50,436 nt of DNA from an uncultured Solobacterium sp. (GCA_938041275.1 CALISH010000055.1:1-50436), one strand, 5' to 3'; shown: positions 18,063 to 28,971, numbered from the stretch's first letter. Made by a program: numbers and translations. Notes: generated from the sequence alone by a model not told the origin.

Positions 18063-18551
18063 ATGAAGAAAGTAATTGTGATTGGATGTTGCGGTAGTGG
18101 TAAAAGTACATTTGCAAGACATCTGTATGCATGTACAGGAATTCCATTATTTCACTTAGATCAGTTAAACTGGAATGCGGATAAAACAACGGTAGAAAAA
18201 ACGGTATTCTTGAAACGTGTTGAGGAAGTGATTGAAAAAGATACATGGATCATTGATGGTAATTATGGTTCTTCTATGGAAATGCGCATGCAAGCATGTG
18301 ATACTGTATTCTTCTTGGATTATCCAGTAGATATATGTATACAAGGAATCTATGACCGGGTTGGCAAGGTTCGTACTGACATGCCATGGGTAGAAGATGA
18401 AATAGATGAGGATCTGATTGAATTTGTCAAAAATTATGAGAAGGAAGATAGACCTGAAGTTTTAAATCTTCTTTCAAAATACAAGGGAAAAGATATTCAT
18501 ATCTTCCATACTCGTAAGGATGCGAAGACGTATTTAGAGTTATTGAAATAG
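18063..18551 (+). CDS. Adenylate kinase-like P-loop protein (FlaR/topology modulation family)
   Basis: GCCGSGKST, HLDQL.W, WIIDGNY motifs. Confidence 0.85.
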   Translation: MKKVIVIGCCGSGKSTFARHLYACTGIPLFHLDQLNWNADKTTVEKTVFLKRVEEVIEKDTWIIDGNYGSSMEMRMQACDTVFFLDYPVDICIQGIYDRVGKVRTDMPWVEDEIDEDLIEFVKNYEKEDRPEVLNLLSKYKGKDIHIFHTRKDAKTYLELLK

Positions 18552-18560
18552 CTGTTATTT

Positions 18561-18585
18561 GTCACAATTTTGTTGTGACTTTTTT
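18561..18585 (+). terminator. Rho-independent terminator
   Basis: GTCACAA/TTGTGAC stem plus T6. Confidence 0.7.
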
Positions 18586-18598
18586 GATGGATTATTCA

Positions 18599-18627
18599 TT
18601 GACGTGCAGTGTGAAAGTAACTAAGAT
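18599..18627 (+). promoter_or_regulatory. Sigma-A promoter of mgtA
   Basis: TTGACG-17 bp-TAAGAT. Confidence 0.6.
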
Positions 18628-18657
18628 TGTTGTGTAAATGAAAAAGGAGGTGGAGAT

Positions 18658-21345
18658 ATGATTCTAAATAATGAGAAGAAGTTAGGGCCTACACCTAAGT
18701 CGACTGGTGTTGAACAAGAGTTTCAACAGATTGCGAAAACAGAGGAATCTAGTCTTCTACAGGAATTAGCTTGTACACGAAATGGTATTAGCGATGAAGA
18801 AAGAGAAGAGAGATTAGAAAAGTACGGCTATAATGATTTGTCTGCGATGCAGAAACATAGTTGGGCGTATTTCCTTGTACATAGTTTTGCGGATGCGTTT
18901 ATTATCGTTTTACTTGTATTAGCGATTGTGACTTTTGTTGTGGAGTCGGATATCTTATCTGGAACAATTATTCTTGCACTGGCGTGTATGAGTGCGGTAA
19001 TTCGTTTCTTCCAAGACTATGGTTCTTACCGTGATATGCAGAAGTTAAAAGAGATGGAGCATGATACGGTTAGAATTCAAGTTCCAACAGAAGATGGTAC
19101 AGAAGTTCGAGAAGTACCGGTGGAAGAAGTGGTTCCTGGTGATATTCAATTGATTGGGTCTGGGGATATTGTCAGTGGTGACTTATATCTTCTTGAAAGT
19201 AAGGACTTATTCGTTTCTGTTTCTGCCTTTACAGGGGAATCTATTCCTGTGGAGAAATATAAAGGTGTTGATGATAGAACTGTTAATGCGGCAGAATTAA
19301 ACAACATCTGTTTAGGTGGTTCCACTGTGAATTCCGGTACGGGTGTTGGTGTTGTAGTACGTACCGGTAAGAGTTCTTATCTAGGTAAGATTTCTTCTAC
19401 AATTCATACAAAGAAGAAAGAAACAGATTTTGATAAGAGCTTATCGAAGATTACAAGGATCTTAATTACCTACATGATTGTGGTGGTTATCTTCGTGTTA
19501 TTAATCAATGGTTTGGTTAAGAAGAATTGGTTAGAGGCTTTCTTATTCTCTATCTCTGTTGCGGTAGGTATTACACCGGGTATGTTACCGATGATTGTAA
19601 ACGGAACACTTGCCAAGGGTGCTAAATTCCTAGCGAAGAAGAAAACAATTGTTAAGAATATGTCTGCGATTCAGAATTTAGGTGCTATTGATGTTCTATG
19701 TACCGATAAGACCGGTACACTGACGATGGACCATGTTGTGTTGCAGAAGTATCTTGATGTAAATGGTGAGGATTCACATTTAGTATTGAATTATGCATGG
19801 ATGAATGCATACTACTCTACGGGAGTTAAGAATCTGATTGACCGTGCAATCTTAGCGTATGGTGAAGAGAATGATGCACATAAATACGCTGGTGGTTATG
19901 TGAAGTCTGATGAGATTCCATATGACTTTGAACGTCGTAGAATGAGTGTTTTGATTTCTAATCCAGGTGGTGAACACATGGGTGGAAATGTTGAAGAAAT
20001 TCTTCCAATGCCACAAGATGAGGTACTTATTACAAAGGGTGCTTTGGAGTCTGTATTAGAGTGTTGTAGTCGTATTCGCGTGAAGAAGGAATACATGGAT
20101 ATTCACGAAGAAGATCTTGCGAAAATCAATGCTCTTGCGGAAGAATTAAATAAAGAAGGTATGCATGTCATTGGTGTTGCCGCAAAGAAGAAAAATGTAG
20201 GTGATACAACCGTCTTCCATGCGGAAGATGAAACAAATATGACATTCTTGGGTATTATTGCCTTCCTCGATCCACCAAAACCAGATGCGAAAGATGCGAT
20301 TCGTGGTTTGTATGATGCTGGTGTGCATGTAAAGGTTATCTCTGGTGATGCGCCTGTCGTTGTTGAACATGTATGCAAGCTTGTTGGTATGAAGGTTGGT
20401 GATCAGAGTGCTGTTACAGGTTCTGATTTAGAGAATATGAGTGATGCGGAATTATCTTCTGTTGTGGAGAAGAATGATATCTTTGCACGCTTATCGCCAA
20501 TGCAAAAGAAGCGTGTTGTGGATGCGTTACGCAATAATGGTCATGTAGTTGGTTATATGGGTGATGGTGTAAATGATGCGCCTAGTCTACATGATGCGGA
20601 TGTAGGTATTTCGGTTGATAATGGAACTGACGTTGCCAAAGCCAGTGCGGATATTATCCTGTTGGAAAAGAGTTTGACGGTTATTCTCAATGGTATTTAT
20701 GAAGGTAGACGTATTTATGGAAATATCTTGAAATATATGAAGATGGCATTATCCAGTAACTTTGGTAATGTATTCTCGGTACTCATTGCGTCAATCTTCT
20801 TACCATTCTTACCGATGTTACCACTACAGATTTTGATTCAGAATTTGATTTACGACTTTACACAGATTGCGATTCCATGGGATAACGTCGATGACGAGTT
20901 CCTACAGACACCGCATAAGTGGAATAGTGCTTCGCTTGTGTCATTCATGAATGTCATGGGTGGTTTCTCATCTGTATTTGATGTACTAACATTCTTGGTA
21001 TTGTGGTTTATCCTAGGATACAATACACTAGCCATGCAGAATTACTTCCAGACAGGTTGGTTTATTGAAGGTCTGATTTCTCAGATCTTGATTGTACAGT
21101 TTATCCGTACATCAAAGCGTCCTATCATTGATTCAAAGTGTGATTCTAGACTAGCTCTAGCATCTGCGTTTGGTATCTTTGTAGGTATTTCAATTCCATA
21201 TTTATTTGATAATCTGAAGAATACTGTATTTACAGAAATGCCATTTGAATACTTTGTATATTTGATTATTATCTTGGCGCTCTATAGTACTACGATTGAA
21301 ATCGTGAAGAAGTTCTATATCAAAAAACATGGTTCTTGGTTATAA
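18658..21345 (+). CDS. mgtA: Mg2+-translocating P-type ATPase
   Basis: TGES, DKTGT, AIQNLGAIDVL, GDGVNDAP, SSNFGN, FQTGWFIE, IRT motifs of P3B ATPases. Confidence 0.92.
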   Translation: MILNNEKKLGPTPKSTGVEQEFQQIAKTEESSLLQELACTRNGISDEEREERLEKYGYNDLSAMQKHSWAYFLVHSFADAFIIVLLVLAIVTFVVESDILSGTIILALACMSAVIRFFQDYGSYRDMQKLKEMEHDTVRIQVPTEDGTEVREVPVEEVVPGDIQLIGSGDIVSGDLYLLESKDLFVSVSAFTGESIPVEKYKGVDDRTVNAAELNNICLGGSTVNSGTGVGVVVRTGKSSYLGKISSTIHTKKKETDFDKSLSKITRILITYMIVVVIFVLLINGLVKKNWLEAFLFSISVAVGITPGMLPMIVNGTLAKGAKFLAKKKTIVKNMSAIQNLGAIDVLCTDKTGTLTMDHVVLQKYLDVNGEDSHLVLNYAWMNAYYSTGVKNLIDRAILAYGEENDAHKYAGGYVKSDEIPYDFERRRMSVLISNPGGEHMGGNVEEILPMPQDEVLITKGALESVLECCSRIRVKKEYMDIHEEDLAKINALAEELNKEGMHVIGVAAKKKNVGDTTVFHAEDETNMTFLGIIAFLDPPKPDAKDAIRGLYDAGVHVKVISGDAPVVVEHVCKLVGMKVGDQSAVTGSDLENMSDAELSSVVEKNDIFARLSPMQKKRVVDALRNNGHVVGYMGDGVNDAPSLHDADVGISVDNGTDVAKASADIILLEKSLTVILNGIYEGRRIYGNILKYMKMALSSNFGNVFSVLIASIFLPFLPMLPLQILIQNLIYDFTQIAIPWDNVDDEFLQTPHKWNSASLVSFMNVMGGFSSVFDVLTFLVLWFILGYNTLAMQNYFQTGWFIEGLISQILIVQFIRTSKRPIIDSKCDSRLALASAFGIFVGISIPYLFDNLKNTVFTEMPFEYFVYLIIILALYSTTIEIVKKFYIKKHGSWL

Positions 21346-21464
21346 ATAAACGAGAGAATATTGGAATCGATTGGTTTCAATATTTTTTTTGTTTATGCTT
21401 GATGGGGATTGGACATAGTAGGAAGATATCGAAATATGTTAAAATACAACTATCAGGAGAATTT

Positions 21465-21998
21465 ATGCAACAGGAACAACAAAATGCATTTAATCGTCAA
21501 TGTATTAGTGAGGCACTGATACGGTTGATGGAAACCAAGGCTTATGATGATATTACAGTAACGGAAATCTGCCGTATGGCAGGTGTATCGCGTATGACGT
21601 ATTATCGAAACTATAGTAGTAAGCGTGAAATATTCAGCGATTATATGAAGATGATTGTTGATGAATTTGTTCGCGTACAACGAGCAAAGGATTTAAAAGT
21701 ACGTTCGTATGAAATGATTCTTGCAGGTTTTTTATATTTCTGTAATTATGAACGCTTTATTGAATGTTTGGACCAATCAAATTTATCTTCAATCTTACAG
21801 GATGGATTAAATTACTATATCGATAGTTACGTATTTGAACAGGGTGAAGATGAGTTACGTAGATATCACTTGTATTATTATTCTGGTGCATTATTTAACA
21901 TCTATACTGTGTGGATGCGTAATGGTAAGAAAGAAAACGTTGAGGATATCGCAAAAATTGTTTATGAACATGTAAAACGCGAACATCAAACACTTTAA
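21465..21998 (+). CDS. TetR/AcrR-family transcriptional regulator
   Basis: ITVTEICRMAGVSRMTYYRNYSSK HTH; start at MQQEQ after RBS AGGAGA. Confidence 0.9.
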   Translation: MQQEQQNAFNRQCISEALIRLMETKAYDDITVTEICRMAGVSRMTYYRNYSSKREIFSDYMKMIVDEFVRVQRAKDLKVRSYEMILAGFLYFCNYERFIECLDQSNLSSILQDGLNYYIDSYVFEQGEDELRRYHLYYYSGALFNIYTVWMRNGKKENVEDIAKIVYEHVKREHQTL

Positions 21999-22058
21999 TT
22001 ATAATGTATAATATCTAATAGAGATTTTCGTATTACACGACAAACAGGAGGAATTACA

Positions 22059-23408
22059 ATGAATTGGAAAACGTTAGAAGGATTTGATGAGAAATTAGCA
22101 AAGGTCAGCTTTAAAGCACATAAGACTTTTGATGGTAAGGTTGTGGAAGTTCTATACGGTGCGAAGGACGAAAATGGCAATTTTGTATTACCAAAAGAGG
22201 ATCAAAATGATGGCCATGGTAGATGGTTTGGTATCGAAACAAATGGAGAATATAGAATGTTCTCTTGGCAAAAGCCTGCATATTTAGGAGGTGGCGTAGA
22301 ATACGGTACTTCTCATAATGATACTGCACTTGAAGATATGGAAAATGATCTTCGTAAGAAGCAGGAACTATGCCGCCAAGCAGAGAATATTTCTACAGTA
22401 GAAGAGTTCGAAGAAATTCGTAAGCAATTCGAAACAATCGAAAACTGGAATACTCCAAAGGATGAAGAATATGCAATTTGGTTTGGTAAGACTTTAGAAA
22501 AGTTCAATGCCAGAAGCCAGCGTCAAAGCGCAAACGCAGAAGAAAAGAAGAAGTTAATTGAAAAGGCTGCTAGTTTAGCAGATTCCACAAACTGGAAGGA
22601 AACACAAGCAGAATTTAGAAATTTACAGGATGAATGGGAAGCACTTGGCAATGCCGGTGTAGAAGATGATTCCTTATGGGAACAGTTTAAGGGCTATCGT
22701 AACCAATTCAATGATAAGCGTCGTAACTATTTTGATAATCTAACACAAGTACATTCTGAAAATGAAGAGAAGAAACTTGATTTAATCAAGCAGGCAAAAG
22801 AACTAGCAAAGAAGACTGATAACTTCCGTGAAACATCTGAAAAGATTAATGGTCTTATGGACGCATGGAAGGCAATCGGTAGTGCAGGCCGTGATAAGGA
22901 TGATGAACTTTGGAATGCGTTTAACGCATCACGACAGGGCTTCTATGATGAAAGAACAGCGTTCTTTACAGAGCGTGATGAAAAGCAGAAGGAAAGTATC
23001 CGTATCAAGAATGCCTTAATTGAAGAAGCAAAGACAATCGCTGATGAAAAGGATTATGGTCGTGAGAAGACAGATCGTATGAAGGCACTTGATAAGGAAT
23101 GGCGTGCTGCTGGATATTCTGGTAGTGAGCAGAATGACGCATTGTGGGAAACATTCACACAGGCAAAAGAAGTATTCTGGAATGGTAAGCGTGAAGATAG
23201 TCAAAAGCGTCTTCAGGAAGCCTTTGACTACAAGAAGTCACAACTTCCAATCGTAAGAGAAGAAATTAATAGACTTCAAGAACAGGAATATGAAACAAGT
23301 GACTATGAGAGAATTCGCAGTATTCAACGTCAAGTTGAAGAAAAGAAGGCTTTCTTAGAGAAGTTAAAGAACGATATCGAAGATATTGAAAAGAAATTAA
23401 ATGCATAA
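22059..23408 (+). CDS. DUF349 repeat protein
   Basis: Three helical repeats K..LI..A......W..LQ.EW...G.AG...DD.LW..F......F; RBS AGGAGG. Confidence 0.85.
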   Translation: MNWKTLEGFDEKLAKVSFKAHKTFDGKVVEVLYGAKDENGNFVLPKEDQNDGHGRWFGIETNGEYRMFSWQKPAYLGGGVEYGTSHNDTALEDMENDLRKKQELCRQAENISTVEEFEEIRKQFETIENWNTPKDEEYAIWFGKTLEKFNARSQRQSANAEEKKKLIEKAASLADSTNWKETQAEFRNLQDEWEALGNAGVEDDSLWEQFKGYRNQFNDKRRNYFDNLTQVHSENEEKKLDLIKQAKELAKKTDNFRETSEKINGLMDAWKAIGSAGRDKDDELWNAFNASRQGFYDERTAFFTERDEKQKESIRIKNALIEEAKTIADEKDYGREKTDRMKALDKEWRAAGYSGSEQNDALWETFTQAKEVFWNGKREDSQKRLQEAFDYKKSQLPIVREEINRLQEQEYETSDYERIRSIQRQVEEKKAFLEKLKNDIEDIEKKLNA

Positions 23409-23412
23409 TTGA

Positions 23413-23440
23413 AAACCTCACTTCATTTGGAGTGAGGTTT
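23413..23440 (+). terminator. Hairpin after DUF349 gene
   Basis: AAACCTCACTT/GAGTGAGGTTT stem. Confidence 0.55.
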
Positions 23441-23464
23441 CAAGTCAATGGGGGGGAATGGAGA

Positions 23465-24814
23465 ATGTTGAAGAATATCGCCAGAGAACAGTATACAGAA
23501 GCGATACGTATGGCATGGCCAGCTGTGCTGGAAAGTGTTTTTGTGTCTCTTGCGGGTATTATCGATACACTTATGGTTTCCTCAATGGGTACATATGCAG
23601 TAGCGGCTACAGGGTTAATTCTTCAACCGAAGTATCTTAGTCTTAGTTTCTTCTTTGCGATTAACGTCGCAGTATCTGCCTTAGTTGCACGAAGACTTGG
23701 ACAGAATAATCGCCGAAACGCAAATCAGGTATTAGTGACTTCATTGATGGTTGTTATATTGTTATGTATTGCGTTAACTGTTGTAACAGTGATTTTTGCT
23801 GATCCGCTCATTGCGTTATGTGGTTCTAATGCGGATACACATGAGGGTGCAGTGATTTATTTTAGGGTGATACAGATTGGAATGATATTCAATGTATTAT
23901 CGCTAGTGATCAACGCTGCACAACGTGGTGCCGGTAACACAAAGATTGCGATGTTCACAAATGTTACATCATCCATCGTGAATATCATCTTTAACTATCT
24001 ATTGATTGGTGGTAACTTTGGCTTTCCGAAATGGGGATTATTTGGTGCGGCGTTTGCGACGGTACTAGGTACTGTATTTGCATGTGGAATGAGTATACAA
24101 TCGTTATTTAAAAAAGATAGTTATGTATCGATTCCCTATATTCTTGAAGAGAAGATTAAACCAGATTTTGGCGCATATAATGCGATTCAAAAGTTGGGTG
24201 CGAATATTCTTTTTGAAAACTGGGCCATGCGTGTTGGTTTTATGACGACTGCTGTACTTGCGGCAAAGCTAGGTACCGATCAGTTTGCGGCCTATCAGGT
24301 TGGAATGAATATCTTGTCATTGGGCTTTGCGTTTGGGGATGGTATGCAAGTAGCGGCAGTATCGTTAATTGGAAAGAGTCTTGGACAACAGAAACCAGAC
24401 TTAGCAAAGACCTATGGACATGCATGTCAGTTAATCGGTGTAGTGATATCGGTTATATTTGCAATCGTTTTATTAGTAGGTGGAAGAACACTGAATCAGT
24501 TCTTCTTTGCGGATGAAACCGTAATCGAGATGGGTGTTATGATTGCTCGCTTTGTGGCAATTATTGTACTATTTCAGATATCACAAATTATTTATGGTGG
24601 ATGCTTAAGAGGTGCAGGTGATGTAAAATATACATTGGCTGTGGCACTTATTAGTGTCGCTATTATCCGACCAATTTTAACTTGGGTATTAACTTCCGTA
24701 TTCTCACTTGGCTTAGTAGGTATTTGGTTGGGTGTATTATCGGATCAGTTGACAAGATTTACATTACTACGAATTCGTTTCCATCAAGGGAAATGGGTGG
24801 AGTATAAGATATAG
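23465..24814 (+). CDS. MATE-family efflux transporter
   Basis: AWPAVLE, DTLMVS, RGAGNTK, GLFGAAFAT, LRGAGD, GIWLG motifs; about 12 TM. Confidence 0.92.
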   Translation: MLKNIAREQYTEAIRMAWPAVLESVFVSLAGIIDTLMVSSMGTYAVAATGLILQPKYLSLSFFFAINVAVSALVARRLGQNNRRNANQVLVTSLMVVILLCIALTVVTVIFADPLIALCGSNADTHEGAVIYFRVIQIGMIFNVLSLVINAAQRGAGNTKIAMFTNVTSSIVNIIFNYLLIGGNFGFPKWGLFGAAFATVLGTVFACGMSIQSLFKKDSYVSIPYILEEKIKPDFGAYNAIQKLGANILFENWAMRVGFMTTAVLAAKLGTDQFAAYQVGMNILSLGFAFGDGMQVAAVSLIGKSLGQQKPDLAKTYGHACQLIGVVISVIFAIVLLVGGRTLNQFFFADETVIEMGVMIARFVAIIVLFQISQIIYGGCLRGAGDVKYTLAVALISVAIIRPILTWVLTSVFSLGLVGIWLGVLSDQLTRFTLLRIRFHQGKWVEYKI

Positions 24815-24826
24815 AAAGGCATTCAA

Positions 24827-25450
24827 ATGGGTAATAAAACAAGAATTCAAAAAATGACAATTCTGAGTATGTTTATTGCGATTGAGCTCATCATGGCAAT
24901 GACACCTATTGGTTATCTTAGCTTAGGTGCGATTTCCATTACGACAATGCATATACCTGTCATCTTTGCGGGTATCTTACTTGGACCAACAGAAGGCGCA
25001 ATCTTGGGATTTGTATTTGGAATAACTAGTTTTCTAAAGGCAACCTTTGCGCCAACGATAACGAGTTTCTGCTTTTCACCATTCTATTCAGTTGGTGATA
25101 TTCATGGAAATTTCTGGAGTTTACTCATTGCGTTTGGGCCACGTATTTTATTGGGATATCTTTCTGGTTTGTTATATACCGTATTTAAGAAAGCAAAGAA
25201 GAATAACTTTGTTGTAGAATCATTGATTGCAATTGGTATGACTTTATTGCATACATTAATGGTCATGGGATTAATTTGGTTATTCTTTGGGCAAGTTTAC
25301 GCTAGTGTAACAGGCTTGTCTGTTTCTACAGTGATTATCACTGTGATTACAAGCAATGGTATCTTAGAGATGATAGTGGCAGGTATTATCATCCCGACCA
25401 TGATGCGTGTACTTCGTCCAGTCTTAGATAAATTAGAGTTAGGAAAATAA
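24827..25450 (+). CDS. ECF transporter S component (PanT-like)
   Basis: TPIGY, TTMHIPVI, GP..GAILG..FG..SF, PRIL, NGILE motifs. Confidence 0.85.
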   Translation: MGNKTRIQKMTILSMFIAIELIMAMTPIGYLSLGAISITTMHIPVIFAGILLGPTEGAILGFVFGITSFLKATFAPTITSFCFSPFYSVGDIHGNFWSLLIAFGPRILLGYLSGLLYTVFKKAKKNNFVVESLIAIGMTLLHTLMVMGLIWLFFGQVYASVTGLSVSTVIITVITSNGILEMIVAGIIIPTMMRVLRPVLDKLELGK

Positions 25451-25454
25451 GCAC

Positions 25455-26255
25455 ATGCATAATGAACAATCATACTATGCACGCATGCGTTCAACGATGA
25501 GTGATAAGTTGAGTGCTTTGGATGGACAAGTTCAAAAGGGAATGCGTGTATTGGACTTCGGCTCAGGACCAAGTGAAGATGTTTATGAATATGTACGTTA
25601 TTTTGAAGCGAATTATTATGCGCTAGATAATTCAAGACAGGTACAGATGTTACTGGAAGAAAAGGGGATTCGTTGCATCGACCTTGCGTTTTTGAAGAGT
25701 ACTGATATGAAGTTTGATATTATCTTTATGTCGAGTGTATTTCATGAATTATTATCGTATCTTTCTCGTAATGAAGCAGCGAACACAATGAATGTAGTAC
25801 TTTCTCATTTGAGTGAAAATGGAAAGCTAATTATTCGTGATTGGTGTGCACCTGAAGATGAAGCGCTTGCTAGTGTTGAAGTGATTCCAGAAAAGATAGA
25901 AGAAGTGAAACAATGGATCAAGGAACTTTCTGAACATGCAATCTTTTTATCTGAAGTTGTTATGAAGGGAAATATAATCCAAGCAAGTGTAGATGATTTA
26001 TACAACATTTTATTACACGTAACTTGGGGTCAACAGTCTATCTTACGTGAGAGTAATGAATCTTATTTGGTTGATCGTGCAGCAATCAAGCAGTTTATTC
26101 TCAATGGGAATCCAAATGTTAAACTGGTTAGCCAACGTGCATATTATCAATCGGATTATACAAATTATTTGTCAAACTATTTTAAGGATGTAGAGGCATT
26201 TGTAAAACAATATCATATTTGTACAAAACAAGTTTTAGTTCTCCAGAAAGCATGA
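25455..26255 (+). CDS. Class I SAM-dependent methyltransferase
   Basis: VLDFGSG, FDIIFMSSVFHE, L...GKLIIRD motifs. Confidence 0.8.
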   Translation: MHNEQSYYARMRSTMSDKLSALDGQVQKGMRVLDFGSGPSEDVYEYVRYFEANYYALDNSRQVQMLLEEKGIRCIDLAFLKSTDMKFDIIFMSSVFHELLSYLSRNEAANTMNVVLSHLSENGKLIIRDWCAPEDEALASVEVIPEKIEEVKQWIKELSEHAIFLSEVVMKGNIIQASVDDLYNILLHVTWGQQSILRESNESYLVDRAAIKQFILNGNPNVKLVSQRAYYQSDYTNYLSNYFKDVEAFVKQYHICTKQVLVLQKA

Positions 26256-26336
26256 GCATATATTTTGCAAAGATTCATGAGTGATGGTACGTTATAGACA
26301 TCAGTTAGTGATAACAAACAAAAGGAGAAATATAAA

Positions 26337-26699
26337 ATGAAAATCGTTTTTGCGACAAGAATGGGAAATACAGATGAATTGGTAAGACAGAAGCTAGGCT
26401 ATACAGATGCGATGTTAATCGTTGATGGTAGTGAAAAGGTTGATGGAGACTATGTACTCTTCACATATACAGATGGTTATGGTGAAGTTCCAGGTGTAGT
26501 TGAAAGCTTCCTAGAAAACAATAAGGCTGGCCTAAAGGGTGTTGTGGCGACTGGTTCTATGGCTCGCCATGCGGATACATTCGCTTTGGCTGGTGATAAG
26601 ATTGTAAAAGACTTTGGTGGTGCATTAATTGCTAAAGTTGATGTTCAGGGAACGGAAGAAGACCACGCTAAGATCAAGTCTGCGATTGCGGCATTATAA
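26337..26699 (+). CDS. nrdI: NrdI-like flavodoxin
   Basis: FATRMGNT, LFTYTDGYGEVP..V..FL, LKGVVATG, FALAGD motifs. Confidence 0.75.
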   Translation: MKIVFATRMGNTDELVRQKLGYTDAMLIVDGSEKVDGDYVLFTYTDGYGEVPGVVESFLENNKAGLKGVVATGSMARHADTFALAGDKIVKDFGGALIAKVDVQGTEEDHAKIKSAIAAL

Positions 26700-26704
26700 C
26701 GAAA

Positions 26705-27319
<615 letters not shown>

Positions 27320-27321
27320 CT

Positions 27322-27798
27322 ATGAACGAAGAAATTAGAAAAAATATATTAGAAACGAAATACAACAAACCTTCAAAAGAAGAGTTAAAGGAGAAGTTAA
27401 CTGCGTTACAGTATGAAGTAACACAGAATGCGAAGACGGAACGTCCATATCAAAATGAGTATGATGATTTATTTCGGAAGGGTATCTATGTGGACATTGT
27501 TTCGGGAGAACCATTATTCTTGTCCACGGATAAGTTTCAGTCGGGTTGTGGATGGCCATCATTCTCGAAGCCAATTATTCCTGATGTGATTACTGAGAAG
27601 GTTGATTTACAGTTTGGCATGGTTCGTACGGAAGTGCGCAGCCGATATGCGGATAGCCATTTAGGACATGTCTTTGATGATGGGCCGCGTGATAAAGGTG
27701 GCTTACGTTACTGTATTAATAGTTCTTCCTTGCGCTTTATTCCAATTGAGAAGATGGAAGCGGAAGGATATGGCAGTTTTATAGAACTGATTAAATAG
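27322..27798 (+). CDS. msrB: Peptide-methionine (R)-S-oxide reductase
   Basis: [28 protein letters not shown]. Confidence 0.95.
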   Translation: MNEEIRKNILETKYNKPSKEELKEKLTALQYEVTQNAKTERPYQNEYDDLFRKGIYVDIVSGEPLFLSTDKFQSGCGWPSFSKPIIPDVITEKVDLQFGMVRTEVRSRYADSHLGHVFDDGPRDKGGLRYCINSSSLRFIPIEKMEAEGYGSFIELIK

Positions 27799-27816
27799 TT
27801 TATACATGCATACATG

Positions 27817-27857
27817 AAAAAAGAGCTATTACACAAAACTGTGCGATAGTTCTTTTT
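27817..27857. terminator. Bidirectional terminator (msrB/aldolase)
   Basis: AAAAAGAGCTAT...ATAGTTCTTTTT imperfect inverted repeat. Confidence 0.7.
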
Positions 27858-27877
27858 ATTTCTGATAGAATGGATGA

Positions 27878-28768
27878 CTATGCGATAGAAGCAGCGTAGA
27901 TTTTAGCAATAGCTGCTTTTACAGTTGCGTCAAATTCTTCGTCTGTTTGTTGATAGCGTAAATCTTGTGCAAAGGCACGTGAGAAGGACGCAATCATACC
28001 GTGGTTCAGTGATAGTAGGTGGCAAGCTTCATCTTGTGAGTATCCACCAGATAGAGCAACGACACGTACTACATGTGGATCCTTCATAAGATCAGCGTAT
28101 AAGTTATTCACAGTTGGAATGGTTAACTTAAACATCACTTTTACATCAGAATCTAGTTTTGCTAGATGTTCCTTGATGACTTCTAACATAAAGGCTTCAG
28201 ATTCTGCTTTGTGTGGGTTATGAATATCTACTTCTGGTTCAATAATTGCGACTGCACCAGCATGCCATACTTGTAGAGCAATATCAAACTGTTGAGCGAT
28301 GACATCGCGAATACCTTGTTCATCGTAGTCGTAGATAACAGAACGCTCTTTCGTTCCAAAGATATGACGATCTTCAACGGCATGTTTGAGTGTTTCCGCA
28401 AGATTTGGGATTGGCTTCATCAGTTTGACGTGGTTCTTTTCTTCAGCCAAGCCTTTGTCGATCTTTAAGATTGGAACGATTCCTTTCTCTTGCCATAAAT
28501 AGTCAGCGGTATATTTGCCATCAATTGTACGATCCATTGTATTCTCAAATAGAATTGCGGCTAAGATACCGTCTTTGTTGAAGGATGGTGTCTTGATGAT
28601 ACGTGTGCGCATTTGATGTACACAGTCGAACATCTCCTCGTCATTTGCATAAGCTGTTTGGTCTAATCCATATGCGAGTAAGGCTTTTGGTGTTGATCCA
28701 CCAGATTGGTCCAAGGCAGCAATAAATCCTAAATCTGAATGCATTCGTTCTAGTTGTTGTTGATTCAT
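27878..28768 (-). CDS. fda: Class I fructose-bisphosphate aldolase (staphylococcal Fda type)
   Basis: FIAALDQSGGSTPKAL, AILFE, IIEPEV, KLTIP, RVVALSGGY, ASFSRA. Confidence 0.93.
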   Translation of the reverse strand: MNQQQLERMHSDLGFIAALDQSGGSTPKALLAYGLDQTAYANDEEMFDCVHQMRTRIIKTPSFNKDGILAAILFENTMDRTIDGKYTADYLWQEKGIVPILKIDKGLAEEKNHVKLMKPIPNLAETLKHAVEDRHIFGTKERSVIYDYDEQGIRDVIAQQFDIALQVWHAGAVAIIEPEVDIHNPHKAESEAFMLEVIKEHLAKLDSDVKVMFKLTIPTVNNLYADLMKDPHVVRVVALSGGYSQDEACHLLSLNHGMIASFSRAFAQDLRYQQTDEEFDATVKAAIAKIYAASIA

Positions 28769-28971
28769 TATCTTACCTCCTAGTTAGTTTTAACTAACAC
28801 TACATATATTATAGTCCTTTTTTAGAAAATAGTTCAAAATATGTGATGACAGTGGGAAACATGTGAAAATATGCAAAAAAATAATATTTTTTGAGTAGAA
28901 AATAGTGTAATTTTGTAAAACTACTTTATAATATTGAATGTTATTTTGTAGAAATGGAAAGATATTAACTT

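Noticed and set aside
28797..28812. NrdR-box-like sequence ACACTACATATATTAT upstream of the aldolase
   Set aside because: Only the left half matches, the context is AT-rich, and it is not next to a ribonucleotide reductase gene.
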